Shown here: positions 30,253 through 50,634 of the stretch, one piece after another
Layout: the number at the start of each line of letters is the position of its first letter
Numbering within the stretch: the stretch's first letter is position 1
From: the human T2T-CHM13v2.0 reference genome, Homo sapiens
NCBI RefSeq assembly: GCF_009914755.1
Contig: NC_060929.1
DNA: 64,000 nucleotides
Reading direction: 5' to 3' (one strand)
The notes under the pieces: generated by a model
The model's input: only the letters and a program-made list of their open reading frames with translations
Database searches by the model: none
What the model was told of the DNA's origin: nothing
Translations under genes and position numbers: made by a program

Positions 30253-30599
30253 CCCCTGGCTGTTGTTTCAATCGCTGTTATTTGTGTCTTCCTATTCTTC
30301 TTCACCATCATCATCATTATCACCACCTTTCCCTAAGAAAATTTACAAACTTGAAGCAATGTTTATTTAATTCAAAATAAAGGCCCCATAAGCTTCACAC
30401 AGGAGCACACTCCATGTCTGTAGGAACTCTCATCACTCCTGGGTTCTCCCTATATATTTGCATCTCTTACTGGCCAGAAGACCTAGCTCTGGTATATATA
30501 ACTGAATTAGTCAATGGAATGCGACTATGGCTGCCATTTTTTTTTACAAGCCTATTTGTATTTGTCCCATTTCCCAACCTTGAGACCTCAAGATGTCAG

Positions 30600-30800
30600 G
30601 AAAAAAGACTAAACTTGGAGTCAGAGCCTTGGTTCCTAATCTTGGCTCCCACTAGTTGTATGACAAAGAGCAAGTCACTTAACCTCTTTGCACTTCAATT
30701 TCCTCACCTGCAAAGGACAGAAATTGGGTAATTAACATCTGCCTTTCATTACCTCCCAGAACTGTAGTAAATCTCAAATAAGATACGGTATGTGAAAGTG
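30600..30800 (+). mobile_element. MIR
   Basis: GGAGTCAGA...GCAAGTCACTTAACCTCT...TTTCCTCACCTG. Confidence 0.75.
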
Positions 30801-32953
30801 AACTCCCCCATGCAGTTTCAGTGCCCCATTCACTCATTCATTCTTGTCTCTCTAAACATACTTTGTGTAGACAAAGCTCATTTACTTCCATTTTTAATTC
30901 CAGTGTCAAAAGAGTACAACATACCTTCCAAAGGGCATAAGAGCATTCCATTCTTAACACAAATGGCTGCCTCCTCTTTTCTTCCCTTGGGTTTCAAAGC
31001 TGTAATGTGAGTACACAGCCACTTTTAAATTCTTTCCTATTTTCCACTCTCTCTAATTACATGATATCATGGACTAAAAGATAGATCATGAGATCTTCAT
31101 GTTGCTACAACTTACAAGTGATGCAAAATATCATTAGCAAACTGCATCTGAAACTGAGAGCACTTCACCCATAAGGATCCCAAGAAGAAACAGCCCACTC
31201 TAATGACAGAGTAAAAGCAAAGGCTGAGTGCGGAGCTTAAGGAATACATTGGGACCAACCTGTAGATATTTCAAAAGCACTAATTATTGGTACAGCTGGT
31301 CACAGGAAGACTAAACCAACTGCACTTATCTGTAATGATTTTTTTTTAATGCTACCAACGCATTTCACACGTGCTAAAAACTCCAGGCTAAATTGGTTGC
31401 AAGACATAAGACCATCAGGGCATTCAAAGAAATAGTCTCTGCAATTATCACTAATTAATCAGCCCTAACAGTTGGAAGCCAGTTGGAGAGGTTTACGCTT
31501 GAATGTAAATGAGGAAGGAAGGACCTGCTGGAATGAGATGGTGTGGCATATTTGTTTTGTTTTGACTTCTTTCCAGACATATTTCAGTTTACATAAATAT
31601 TTGAAGGTTGGATCAGACAGGATTTACAGCACAATGGTATCAGGAATGTCTTTATAAAAACTTTGATATGGTCTAAATTAGGTTTCAAGAAGGAAGGGCA
31701 GCCGTGGGAGCAGGAGCCTTTTTCAGTATTTAACTTTATGTCCTGACCAGTGCCTAACACCACTTCATAAATCACAGGTACCTTGGACTTAGAATGCACA
31801 AGCCCTGTTTCCATGGCCTCGATTTCAGCAGGGACAGATACTGCCTGGAGAGAGAGCTTGCCAACCTTCTGTTTTAAGCACTGCATGTGTGACCTTTGGT
31901 TGACCTTAGGTTCTGGGATTTGAGGGTTAAAGTTGTCTTTTGGCACTGGAGCCTGATTTTTTTTTTTTCTCCAAAAGTGTTTAGAGAAATAAGAGAGCGC
32001 CCCACCCTCTGCAGCAGGGCAAGCTGTTTCCTGTAGAAGCAAGAGTTAGTGGCTATCCCAGTTATTCCTTGTAAAAAATACTTCTTCAGGAGAAAAACTC
32101 TTTCTCAAGGGGTCTGTTTCTGTTTCTCTTTCAATGCCTAACTCTCCAAGGAGTTTACTTAGAATTAGCATGGTCTTTGCATAAAGGCGGACAAAGCAAA
32201 GGCGATGCTGTTTGTTTTCAAGGTGAGAATTAGACCAAAACAAGAATCTGACAGGTTGAACCAAATGAAAAGCCCTCACTTCTCTGAACATGAATTTTCT
32301 TTGCACAGATTGTTTTTTCCTGAAGGCAGATCACTGAGGGGCAGGTGGATTATAGGAACCTAAACTACATAATCGTCTCTAATAAATGAACATTTTTACC
32401 GCACCAACGGTTGATTAGGGATATACCACGAAACATACTAGCCTATTTCTGAGTGAAGCAGGAAAGCTTTCATAGAGAGGTTTTATTGTTTACATTCAAT
32501 GAAAGGAAAAGTCTGACTTGAAGTAGTCAGATATAATCTCTCTCTGAATTAAAAGGGTTCTATTGTACTAAGATGCTGGTGCTGTTAGCAAAGGTGAATC
32601 CAGGATTTTTGCCCAGGCACACAATGCCTTTATACAAGCGAGCTATACATGTGGCCACAAACAGACAAACTTGCCTGGTTATTGGCAGCCATTCTCAGTG
32701 TAAGAAGAGTTTATTTTCCTTTAGGAGCCCACAGTTGAACAATGTTCTGGTGCCCTAGCTGTTTCATAACTTTCCATGTAATTAAGCAGTTGGCATGACC
32801 TTCTGTAGCAAGATAATAATAGGAATTAGCAAAGGCGGGGCTTGTACACAAGGACACTTTGGACTACTCAAGCTCACAAATAAAAGCTTTCAAATAAATG
32901 CAAAACTGTCTTTCAAATTCAAAGAGCTTTCCTAGTGAAGTGACACTCCCCCA

Positions 32954-32997
<44 letters not shown>
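32954..32997. repeat. (CA)n microsatellite
   Basis: Read directly; one interruption. Confidence 0.95.
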
Positions 32998-33001
<4 letters not shown>

Positions 33002-33381
33002 AGCAAACATGACAAAATTTCCTGTAACTTGAGAACTGCAAGGGACAATTCAAAAAGGTGGGAGGAAGCAGACCGTCATCATTTTTCAAAAGCCACCTTC
33101 ACTGTCTAGATGAACTTAAGGATGAATATCAAAGCTAGTCATTTGAAAAAAGAAAAAAAAGTCACTACAGATTTCTAGGAGTAAGCTGGTTTTGAAAAAG
33201 AAATTATGATTTAAAGAAAAATAATAAAACCATGAGCAGAGCAGAGCACAAATTACACGGCCACTGAACACCAAGTGGTTTCAAACCAAGATCCAGTAGA
33301 ACAGATGTGCACCTTTCCTGGGACAGAAATCTGAGCACTTTTGTCCAGGATAGTTCAATAAGCAGGCAACAGATATGTGGG

Positions 33382-33850
33382 TGTGGTAGATAGCTTCCAA
33401 AGATGGCTGCCATCAATGCCTGCACTTCCTAGACACATGGGCTGCTTCCCCCATCAAGATGGGAATCTAATTCCATCTGGAAATCTGAGCTATCCTTGGC
33501 GCCTAGCTGGACAACAAATATGGCAGAAATGGGGCTGCATAACTTTTGAGGCTAGTTACTAGGGCTGTGCAGTTTCCCCCGGATCTGTTGGAATACTCAC
33601 TGTTAGGATGGACCCAGCATCTCACTGTGAGAAGCTCAAACCTCATGAGAAGCCACACATAGGCACTCTGGTCAACAGCCTCATCTGGGCTGTCAACCAT
33701 CGGCCATCAGGAGCTGCTGACCATGCCAGTCAGCCATATTGGTTGTGCAGCCCCAGCCAACACCTGCCTGCAACTTCATGAAAGCTGCCAAGCAAGAATT
33801 GTCCAGCTGAGGCCCATTAATTCACAGAACCACGAGACATAATAAATTTG
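33382..33850 (+). mobile_element. MLT1H-like MaLR LTR, 3' end truncated
   Basis: TGTGGTAGATAGC...AAGATGGCTGCCA start; CCCAGCCAACACCTG...CACAGAACCACGAGACATAATAAAT near the end. Confidence 0.7.
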
Positions 33851-33960
33851 TGCATATATATGAAGTGGGTATGAAATTACTTTGCTCATTTTTTCCTTAT
33901 TGACTTATAAGAGCTTTTTGTAAGTGAGGGATAGTAACTCTTTGCCTAACATTTTAATAC

Positions 33961-34418
33961 TGTTACCAAATGAAAGGTCTTGACTGTAAGTTGTCCAGGT
34001 TTTTGGCTTGTTGAACAGAGTTGAACAAAACACACAAACAAAGCAACAAAAGAAAAAAGTAACAAAAGCACAGATTTATTGAAGCAAAAGTACACTCCAC
34101 AGAGTGTGAGCAGGCTCTAGCAAGCGGCTCAAGAGCCACCCCCACCCCATTGCAATGTTCTTTAGGGTTTTTATTAAGCTAAAACAAAAAACTTGGTAAC
34201 ACCCGTAGGTGCCCTTTACAGGCCTCCAATTGGTTACACCCTATGAAGGATTGCCCTACGACCAGTCCGAAGCTGAAGTGGAGACTTCTGTCTTGTTGTC
34301 ACAGGAGTGAATATGTGGCCTGTTTACTGCCTAATCTTGCCTAGAACTGGCTGCACCTGCTGTTCCCTTGCTTATGCCTTAACCCCTGGTTACCCTAATT
34401 CCCTATTCTTCTATCTCA
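33961..34418 (-). mobile_element. ERV1 (MER4-group; MER51/LTR15-like) solo LTR
   Basis: TG...CA termini (TGTTACC / TATCTCA); 4-bp TSD ATAC at 33957-33960 and 34419-34422; antisense polyA-signal context (GATTTATTG). Exact family uncertain. Confidence 0.8.
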
Positions 34419-34664
34419 ATACCATACATTTTCTCAATTTTGCCATTTGCCTTTTCTCTGGTTATAGAATTATTGTGTTTTTGTGTCTGATGTAGTCAAT
34501 TATTCAATTATTTGCTGCTATGGCTTTTGCTTTCATAGGCCTGCCCCATATCAAATTGAAATCCATTTCTCTGATTATTTATGTGTGAATTTAACATATG
34601 TTTATTGAACACCTACTCTGTGCCAGGCACTCTCCACTTTGCTAGTGAATAAGATAAAATAAGG

Positions 34665-34966
34665 GGCTGGGTGTAATGCCTCGTATGGGTAATCCCAGCG
34701 ACTCAGGAGGCGTAGGCAGGAGGATTGCTTGAGGCCCAGGAGTTTGAGACCAGCATGGGCTAAATAGTGAGACTCTGTCTCTGCAAAAATGAAAAAAAAA
34801 AATTAGCCGGCCATGGTGGTATGTACCTGTAGCCCTAGCTACTTAAGAGACTGAGGCATGAGGATTGCTGGAGCCCAGGAGTTGGAGGCTACAGTAAGCT
34901 GTGATCACACCACTGCACTCCAGCCTGGGCTACAGGGAGAGATCCTGTCTCAAAACACAAAAACAA
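34665..34966 (+). mobile_element. AluJ element, inserted in an antisense L2 relic (~34590-35180)
   Basis: GGATTGCTTGAGGCCCAGGAGTTTGAG and GAGGCTACAGT J-type features. Confidence 0.92.
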
Positions 34967-35549
34967 GAATAGTACCATACCTTCATTGAGCTCATAGTCT
35001 TCTAGGGGGTTAGAATGGGGTGGATTTGAACACAGAACTGCTATGAAGAATGTTATCTGTAGTAATGGGGAATATATAGGCTGCTTGGAAGCCCACAGCA
35101 GGAGCATTTATGGACTTCCAGGGACGTCAAAGAAAACTTCCTGTAGGAAGTGACATTTAAGCTGCATTCTGAGTCTTATATTTATGGCTTCATTCTACAT
35201 TTAAATCAGGAGTTAATTTAAGTTCAAGCAGCAATGTACCTAGTAAATGTGATCAAAATAAGAGCTATCATTGCTTTTACATGTTGGATTTCTATATGTG
35301 CTTGGGTCTGTTTCTGGGCTTTGCATCCTATTTTTTTAAAAGCTGCCTCTTTTTGGCTCCTATGTGTTCTCTTTATAATTATTGTCTTAATTTTGTATTT
35401 GAGCCAACATATAAAATCATTTGCTTTGCTTTTATTAATACTTTTTACACTAAATTAATTTTCTTGATGTACACCTGTACTTTTGTCAGTTTATTACAAT
35501 AAAATCACTTTTCACCATATTTATTATAGTTTTCCATTTAACTTCTTAA

Positions 35550-36800
35550 AATACTTAAAAATTGTATGTACTAAAAGTACATACAGTATATTTTCACTAC
35601 TTAATGAAAAATAAAAAATGACACCCATGTCCCTCACACTGTGCTCTGATCCATGCAGAGGGCTTATGTGCTGCTTTCTGATCTGTCCATTTCTATGCCC
35701 TCAGCAGTATCCTACATTGAAATAGCACTGAGCATTCCCTTGCTTTTCTTCATAGTTTTACCACCTGTGTTTCCTCCAAGCAATATATCATTTCATTTGC
35801 CTTGTTTCAACTTTTCTTAACGAAATCATTCTATATTTTTGTAACTTCCTTCTGTGGTTCAGCATCATATGTGTTTACATATACAGATAGAATACAGCAT
35901 GTTCATTTATTTTTACTGCTACATGGTAGTACAGTATATATATATCCTTAAGTTTTTTAATCCAATTCATTGTTGATGGATATTTATATTACTTTAAGAT
36001 TTTTGCTAATAGGAATAACGCTTTTCTGAACATGCCCTGGTTCACCTGTAAAAGTTTCTCTAAGATTTATACATAGAAGATAAATACCTGGGTCTTAGAG
36101 TATGCACATATTCACCTTTACCAGTTAGTGCTGGATTGTTTAACAAAGCAATTGTAACAAGCTACGCTCCCACAAGCAGCCTTTGAAAGCTCCTGTTGCT
36201 TTCTCGCCAACACTTGGTATTAACTGACTTTTTAACTGTCATTAATCTGATATGAAAGGATACTATTGTAGTATTTATTTACATTGTCTTGACATATAAT
36301 AAGAGCAATAATATTTTATATATTTACTGGCTGTTTGTATTTCCTCCTCTAGAAAATGACTGTTCATGAAAATTGCCCATTTTTCTATTAGTTTATTCCT
36401 CTCTTTCTTAATGATTCAAAGGAGTTCTTTTGCATTCTGAGACTAGCCCTTTGGTCACATGTGTGGCAAATGTCTTCTCCCTCTTTATGACTCTTATTTT
36501 TTCTCTCTCAGAGAAAATAAGGTTTCTTCTGATAAGCTGAAGTTCTTGATTTTAATATAGTCAAGTATAATAATCTTTTCCTTTATGTTTAGATGCTTTT
36601 GGTGTCTTGCATAGGAAGTCTTTCCCTACCTCAAAATCATAAAGATATTTCCTATTTTTTTCTAAAAGGCTTAAATTTGGCCTTTCCATTTTTAAGTCAT
36701 GAATGAATCTGGAAATGATTTTTGTGTAAGGTCTAAAGAGAAAGGCATTTTTAATTTTTTTATCCTTTGTAAGGACAACCAATTTTCTCCCATTACTTCT
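35550..36800 (-). mobile_element. Old L1ME-type 3'UTR/ORF2 fragment
   Basis: T-rich antisense L1M motifs (GTTGATGGATATTT, CGCCAACACTTGGTATT, TTGCCCATTTTTCTATT, GTGGCAAATGTCTTCTCC). Confidence 0.7.
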
Positions 36801-37129
36801 AATTGAATAGTCCTTTTTTGCCTCATTGATTTTTTACTCACTGAAGATGACATCTTTTAGAAGTTCTAAATTTATGTGAAGGCATTCAATCCACCCTGTC
36901 CTGGATTAAGCTCCAGTTTTTGCTCCTGTTCCTTGAGAATATCTGGCCCATGGAAATCTAGACAAAATCCTCCAGGGATTTAAGGGAGTATAAGGGGATA
37001 TTGCACAAGGCAAACACAGATCAGAGTTCACTTCTACCTGTGGTATCATCCTTTCTTCCGTCTCTGGCCTCCAATTGTTTCCCCACTTTACCACCAGCTC
37101 AGTCCTGCCTTTATAAATATTAATTTCAG

Positions 37130-37990
37130 GTATCCGTATAGGAAGAAATTTCTCTATACTTTCAATTAAAATTATTGCCCTTAATTTAAAATCTAAATCA
37201 ATTCGATGTTATTTCCAGTTCTTTTTATTTCACTTATAAAGTTAGGATTCTTTCTTTCTTTTTACATCATTGTTATTACATTTAATCTGGTTAGCTGAGT
37301 TATGTTTCTCAAAAAATTTTCCAGGAAGGGTACATGAATAATTCCATTCCTGTGAATATTTTAGTATTTCCCTTACATGAGAAAGACATCTTGGCTGAGT
37401 GACACTCTTTCCCCTCTGCATTCTTTAGATGTTATTCCATTGTCTTCATCAGAAAATGATCCTGAAGTGCTTGAGATCAGGCTAAACTGTTGGCCTGTTT
37501 TTGTTTTTGTGGGCTGATTTTTATGGAGGTAGGGGTAGAAATAAAGTAATAGTGATCTGCTTCTGTTTCTATTGTTGGATGATTACAGAAATTTCTTTTT
37601 TTCATTTCCTTTTCTTTTTTGATGTTATTTAACATCACCAGAATATACTTTGATATGGGTTGTTATTTATTAAGTTTTCCCAGGTTACAATAATCCCTTT
37701 CAATCTGCAGATTCAGATTGTCCTTCATTCTAGGAAAGTTTTCTTATATTATATCATTGAATGTTTTATTTTTTCTCTTTTCTTGTCCATGAATTGCTAT
37801 TTTCTGTGTATTAAATCTCCATCGACTATTCTTCATAGCCATAATGTCATTTCTAATCTCTCGCAATTCAGTTCTTTTCCTCAGTTATTTTTGGATTTTT
37901 CTCAATTCTATCTTTTATCTCACTAATTTTAGTTCTTCATAGTATCAATGTTGTTTTTACTACTTCTAATGTCATTTAAATTGCTTTAAC
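37130..37990 (-). mobile_element. Highly decayed L1M/HAL1-like fragment
   Basis: T-rich antisense LINE texture (AGATGTTATTCCATTGTCTTC, CCCTTTCAATCTGCAGATTCA...TTCATTCTAGGAAAGTTTTCTT). Confidence 0.45.
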
Positions 37991-39374
37991 AAAATGGCTA
38001 GTCAGGCTGCAGTCATGAATATTCCATAGTATTTCAGATTTAAACTGGCCTCAATCTCACAATGTTTTAAAACTTGTATGAAGAGTGAAAATAAAAAAGA
38101 TAATTGACTTCATCGTTGAGAAAAAAGTGTAAATATAATATATAACATATATATAAATGTACAAATTTGGCATTTGTGATGTTTTTACATGCTCTTTTTT
38201 TGTCTCTTTTCTCCAAATGTACATTCCATTTTGAGAAGAGACTTAGGAAAGTAGCCAGACATGAGTAAGTTTGGCCGCACCCAAAGAGAGGGCTGATGAA
38301 TTCCCTTCCAAATATACAGTTCTATAATATGTAAACTGTAATTGTTTCTCAGACTGTTAAAAAATTCCATCAACTTCTCTGATACATTAAGTAGATTTGT
38401 ACATTATTTTTTCTTTTTTAATGAAATAGCAACTGTCCTCTATCAAAATCAAGAGACCCTAAATAAAATCCTGTCCAAAGTAACAAAAGAAAGGTATAGC
38501 AATCATAGTGTTTTCAATTCTTAAGATCTAAATTAAACATTAAACCCCCAGAAAATAAATGCCATCTGTGTTGAAAAACTCAGAACAAATAACTTCTCCA
38601 ATCGTGTTGGAATATAGTATGTACTTCAGATATGAAATGATTTCACAGAACCTAATTTTAACGATCATGTCATTTTTATGAATGGGGAAATCTAAGGTGT
38701 AGTGAGGGGAGATATTTAAAAATATCTAAGGAACCAAGAGTTGAACAGACCAGAACCCCTTAGCAACCAATGTTATTTTTTTAAGTGTATATGAGAATGT
38801 CTGTGCAAGGATTCCCCTGCTCATTAGGAGTAGGTAGAACTATTATTGCAAAGTTGTCATTTTCAAGTGAATAGTGTGTGGGTAGCTTCCTTTATGTCTG
38901 GACAAATTAGAGCTGTGCAGGAATTTGCTAATTAGTATGTGTTGATGGCTCAGTTCAGTAGCCCTGCCTCAGGACTCAGATCAGGATACCATAAGTATTT
39001 TTAAACTTCTTCAAGCATAATAACTATAGGAAAAGATGAACAGAATTAGAATTATTCGACTTGGAAGAAAGAATATCAAAAGCTAAACGTGCTACTTTCT
39101 AATAGGTCAGAAGAATTACAACTTTGTATGACCCACAAAAAGGAAAATTAGATAATTGCAACAGGAATTGGTTAACATCAAAGAAAGAACTTCCCAGTTA
39201 TAAAGACTGGGGAGTAAACACCAGGGAAATAACAAAATAATAATGACAACACTAATAATAAGTATGGTTTATTGAATATATTATGTGTCTTTTCCATTTT
39301 AAGCACTTTGTAGACATTATCTCATTTAATCTTCACAATAATGTTTTATGGTCAGTGTTGTTGCTTCAATTTCA

Positions 39375-39830
39375 CATTTATTTGTTCATTTAACAATTAT
39401 TTTTGAAGGCCTACTATGTACCAAGCACTGTTCTAGACAGAAGGATTAGAGATTCATAAGACTGAACAAAGTCTCTGTACCCATGAAGCTTTTATTCAGG
39501 CATTGGCAGATGGGGGAGGTTGACAATGAACAAAGAAATAAGAAAAATAACAGAGTGATAACTATTATGCAGAGAATTGAAAATAGAGGGTTATGATAAT
39601 CATCAATGAACTAGGCAATCAGAGAAGCATTTCTGAGGAGGTGAATTCTGATTGACAAGAAAGAGACAACATGTGTGGGGAAATGGAAGAATATTGCTGG
39701 CAGAGAGCAGGTGGAGGCAAGGCACTAATGCAGCAACAAATTTAACCACTTCCAGAGGCCAAAAGAAGCCCGCTGTGCCAGGGCACGGTAGACAAGGGGA
39801 AATGTCTACCAGGAAGTCCCATAACACTTA
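39375..39830 (-). mobile_element. L2 3' fragment
   Basis: TTCATTTAACAATTATTTTTGAAGGCCTACTATGTACCAAGCACTGTTCTAG antisense L2 tail, then L2 body. Confidence 0.7.
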
Positions 39831-39865
39831 AACACCATACAAAGGCTTTACCCTGACCCTTGTAA

Positions 39866-40186
<321 letters not shown>

Positions 40187-40604
40187 TATTTCTTTTAAAA
40201 ATACCTCTATTGTAATGACTAGAATAATTCTGTATAAAAATTTGATACAAAATCAATCAATTCATTATGTTTCTTAAACATCATTTGGGCTTCTGTGTAG
40301 AGAATGGATTGTAGGATGGCAAGCACAGAGGTCATCTGCAGGAAGGTCATGAAGCCTTTCCTCTGGAGCAGGGAGGCCTCCCCTGGGAAGGTGGAACCAG
40401 GAGGCTAAGCCACTGACCTGCTCTGTAATTCAGCCACAGCTAGGGCATACTACATTCTCCCACTCTATAGTGGCTGACAAGTGCCAATTAGAGCCCCAAT
40501 TTGCTATCAGTTGCCCATGTGGTTAAGTACTGTCTTTTTGTTTATTTGTTTAAACTCAAAGTTGTAGCAGCAGTTGACCTACTTGCCAACATAACCCAAT
40601 TCCT

Positions 40605-40675
<71 letters not shown>
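40605..40675. repeat. Long (CA)n microsatellite
   Basis: About 35 units with two interruptions. Confidence 0.95.
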
Positions 40676-40678
<3 letters not shown>

Positions 40679-42133
40679 AATGGGGGAAAATCATTTTAAA
40701 CTGTCTTTAGTTACATGGAAATGCATTAGAATGAAATGTGTCTGACTTGGGTCAACTGTTATCTATAATATAAGGATGACTCTACCCAAAGAATTTCTTT
40801 CCTGTCTTTCTAATAGTATGTTCCAGAAGAATTAAGATCCAGATGTGATCGAGGAACTTCTCATGACAGTGGAAAAACTCAGCCTGCCAATATTACTAAA
40901 GGGGAAAAAAAGGTTTTGAGGTAGATATCCTCCAGATTTTGTTGGACAAGGGGGAATTAATAATGTGGCATATGAGATCAGTCCCATAATGAGGGAGAAA
41001 AGATCAGAGGAATCTTGAACATTGATGTGTCCATCATGAAATCATCTACATGCATCTCTCATTCTCCTTCTATAATATTCTCAAATCAAATAAATGATGT
41101 TCAATATCTATGTTCAATATGTGAAACAGACATTGGAAAAACAAAAGTAAAACCTTGAACTTCAGTGATTAAACAAAAGTAATGTAGGAACTCTTGATCT
41201 GTTTCTTGAAACAAACAGTCTACTCAAATCACATCCACTACAGGACATCATTACGGTCTACAGACACAATGATGCAGTACTAATAAAAAAATTAGCCATA
41301 TCAATAATAATAATATTTATTAAAGATCTCCTCTAGATCAGATATTGTGTCGAGTGCTGCAAGATCTTTTCCTAAGGATGGAAAATATTTATAGAACTAC
41401 TGGTGACCTATGTCTCCAAAATTGAGATAAATTTCTGCAACATTCTTTGGGACTCATTAGAAACATTTCCCATTTGGGAAACTTCTTAAACAAAAATGGT
41501 GATTGACTGTTCTGCTCATTTATCCAAGAAAGAGTTGAATGGATTTCATCTGGAAGAGTTTCCTAACACCAAAAATACTGAAAACAAACAAACAAACCAC
41601 ATACGTTACTTAAGTCACACAGATTTGGCCTCTAATCAAAAAAGAGAGGGGGAAATATTAACATAGAAAGCATTGCATTCCTTCCATATATACGTAAATA
41701 GTATACTTGGAGCATAACAGCAAGAATCCAGAATCAATGAATCATGGCTAAGATATCCATAAAATACTTGAAGCAAAAATAGTGTGGTTTCTTTCAATAC
41801 TTACACAAAAATTCAGGGCTTTCACATAAAGATAATCACTAATGAAAAAATGCCACTTGTTCTAGTCCTTCATAATTGCTAAATATTACATTCACTTTGT
41901 TACCTATTCACTTTTTCTGGTTTTAAAAGTAGTATTTCCTCACTAAAGAAAAGGTGGAAAATCAGGAAGATTATAAAGAATTTGTCCCACGTTTTGAAGG
42001 AAAATCTCCCATAATCCCACAACCCAGAATTAATGGCTAATATTTTGGGTAGGTTTCATTCAGCCTTTTTCTTATATGAACCTTATATTTTTACACAGTT
42101 AAGAAACAATCATACGTACACTTTTTAAAACTT

Positions 42134-46879
<4,746 letters not shown>

Positions 46880-47370
46880 ATACATATACTTTTTAAAACT
46901 TGCTTTTTTAATACTATGAGCAGTTTCCCATGCCATTAAAACTTCTTCATAAATGTTCTTTTGATAGGTACAAAATATTATATTTCTAAGCCTCTATATT
47001 TTTAACATTTATGTTGCTTCTAATGTTTTTCTATTATAAAATCTCTACAGTGGTTGTAATGACTAGAATTTTTGCATTACATTTTGAATGACTTTATTGT
47101 AATGACTAGAATAATTCTTTATAAAAATTGCTACAAAATTAACCAACCAATCAATTCATCATATTTCTTAAACATCATTCTGGCTTCTGTGTAGAGAATG
47201 GATTGCAGGTGGGCAAGCACAGAGGTCATCTGCAGGGAGATCATCAAGCCTTTCCCCAGGAACAGGGAGAGGCAGGAAAAAGGACCCAGGGGATCTAGCT
47301 AGTCACCTGTTCAAAAATGTAATATTAATCACATCCCAGCAGAGTTTTGAAAAGAGTAAAACTTTTTTCT

Positions 47371-47455
47371 ATTTCTATTCCATGAATAGGCAAATTCATG
47401 GAATAGGCCTATTCATGGAATAGAAATTCCATTTCTATTCCATGAATAGGCAAAT
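47371..47455. repeat. Direct-inverted-direct micro-repeat with perfect 21-bp hairpin
   Basis: ATTTCTATTCCATGAATAGGCAAAT at 47371-47395 and 47431-47455; reverse complement of its first 21 nt at 47407-47427. Confidence 0.9.
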
Positions 47456-48060
47456 GGAAGTGGTATTTTCCCCCTACATTTTCCTTCCTCAATCTGGGTC
47501 ATAAAGAAATTGATTGAAAAAGAGACTAGAGGGTTCTTCTCTAGGTATGGCATATTGATTGACAGGGTAGCAGACATCAGCAGAGACATGAAGTTGCCCA
47601 GTACTTTTTTTTTTCCCATCTCACTATCAGCTACCATGTCCCTCCACTCCAAGAACATTGGAAGTCAACTGCTCAGAGGTATTTCAAATACCCAGAAATG
47701 TCCTTATACACCACAGTGTTCAATCAACTTCCCCAAAGTCCCAACAGTCGTTTAGAATATGACTTCACCCAGGACTGCTGGGTTGCACAACTCCAGGTAT
47801 ACTGTTTGTATTATATTCTATGTGAAGGTCTCCCCTGGAGTAGTACAGCATTGCCCCAGGCTGTTTTCCTACATTTATACGAGAGTAAAAATGAAGAGGA
47901 GAACTCTCTGGCTACCTAAAAAACCTTGTGTTGATCTCACCTCAGGGCTAATGCTGGAGTCTCTTTTGGCTTTAGTGCCAAGGCTCTACTTGTTGATTCA
48001 CTTATCAAAATATATTTGAATATATTTTCCAGGCAGAAAGCCTTTTAAAAGATACAGAGA

Positions 48061-49800
<1,740 letters not shown>

Positions 49801-49873
49801 GGAGCCAGACAGATCTCCAGAAATGGTCAGAATGAAGGTTTTTCTAGCTCTAGGTGAATTGAATTAAATTATT

Positions 49874-50163
49874 ATTATTATTATTTTGAGATGGAGTCTC
49901 GCTCTGTCGCCAGGCTGGAGTGCGGTGGTGAGATCTCAGCTCACTGCAACCTCTGACTCTCTGGTTCAAGCTATTCTCCTGCCTCAGCCTCCCCAGTAGC
50001 TGGGATTATAGGCATGCACCACCAAGCCCAGCTAATTTTTGTATTTTTAGTTGAGACGGGGTTTCACCATGTTGGCCAGGATGGTCTCGATCTCCTGACC
50101 TCGTGATTAGCCCTCCACCTCCCAAAGTGCTGGGATTACAGGCGTGAGCCACCGCGCCCAGCC
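49874..50163 (-). mobile_element. AluSc-like element
   Basis: GTCGCCAGGCTGG and GGATGGTCTCGATCTCCTGACCTCGTG; (TTA)n tail; TSD AATTAAATTATT at 49862-49873 and 50164-50175. Confidence 0.95.
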
Positions 50164-50193
50164 AATTAAATTATTTTTAACATAAAGTGTCAA

Positions 50194-50634
50194 TTAGCAG
50201 ACACTGTTGTTGCCTACCACATTGCCTTCAATGGGCTGAAATACTCTTCTCCCACTTGCAGAAGAGGTAAAGAGCTGCTATCAGTTCACAGCTATATTCT
50301 TCTCCTGAGAACTGCCCTTGACCAATGGCAGCCACTTGGAAACAGAGTATGTAGAAAGCTATGCATGGTTCCCGGGGTGTCCAGTAACCAATGACTAACA
50401 GATGTGAGGCACCAAAAAGGCCTGCCCTTTTGCCTGAAGATGGGATAATTCTGTGGTACCATTCCTGTTGTAAGGTTCCCTATGGGATCACCAGAAGCTG
50501 GCTTCATCTGAATTCACATCTTTGGCCTTTTCCCCTGCCCTGACCTGCTTCCTTCTCTTTGGCACAGGTTTTGCCTGAGAGCTGTCCCTCAACATTCCCT
50601 CAATCTCTGCTTCTGGGGAACCTGACCCAAGGCA
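50194..50634 (+). mobile_element. LTR16-family ERVL solo LTR
   Basis: TAGCAGACACTGTTG start, AACCAATGACT, and CTCTGCTTCTGGGGAACCTGACCCAAGGCA terminus. Confidence 0.65.

Noticed and set aside
31584-32042. 152-aa minus-strand ORF (likewise 54253-54732 and 61599-62045)
   Set aside because: No recognisable domain, low-information composition and no convincing splice or start context; consistent with chance ORFs in 64 kb.
40817-40920. Possible exon between TTCTAATAG and GAG|GTAGAT
   Set aside because: The donor is weak and the peptide unrecognisable; indistinguishable from a pseudo-exon.
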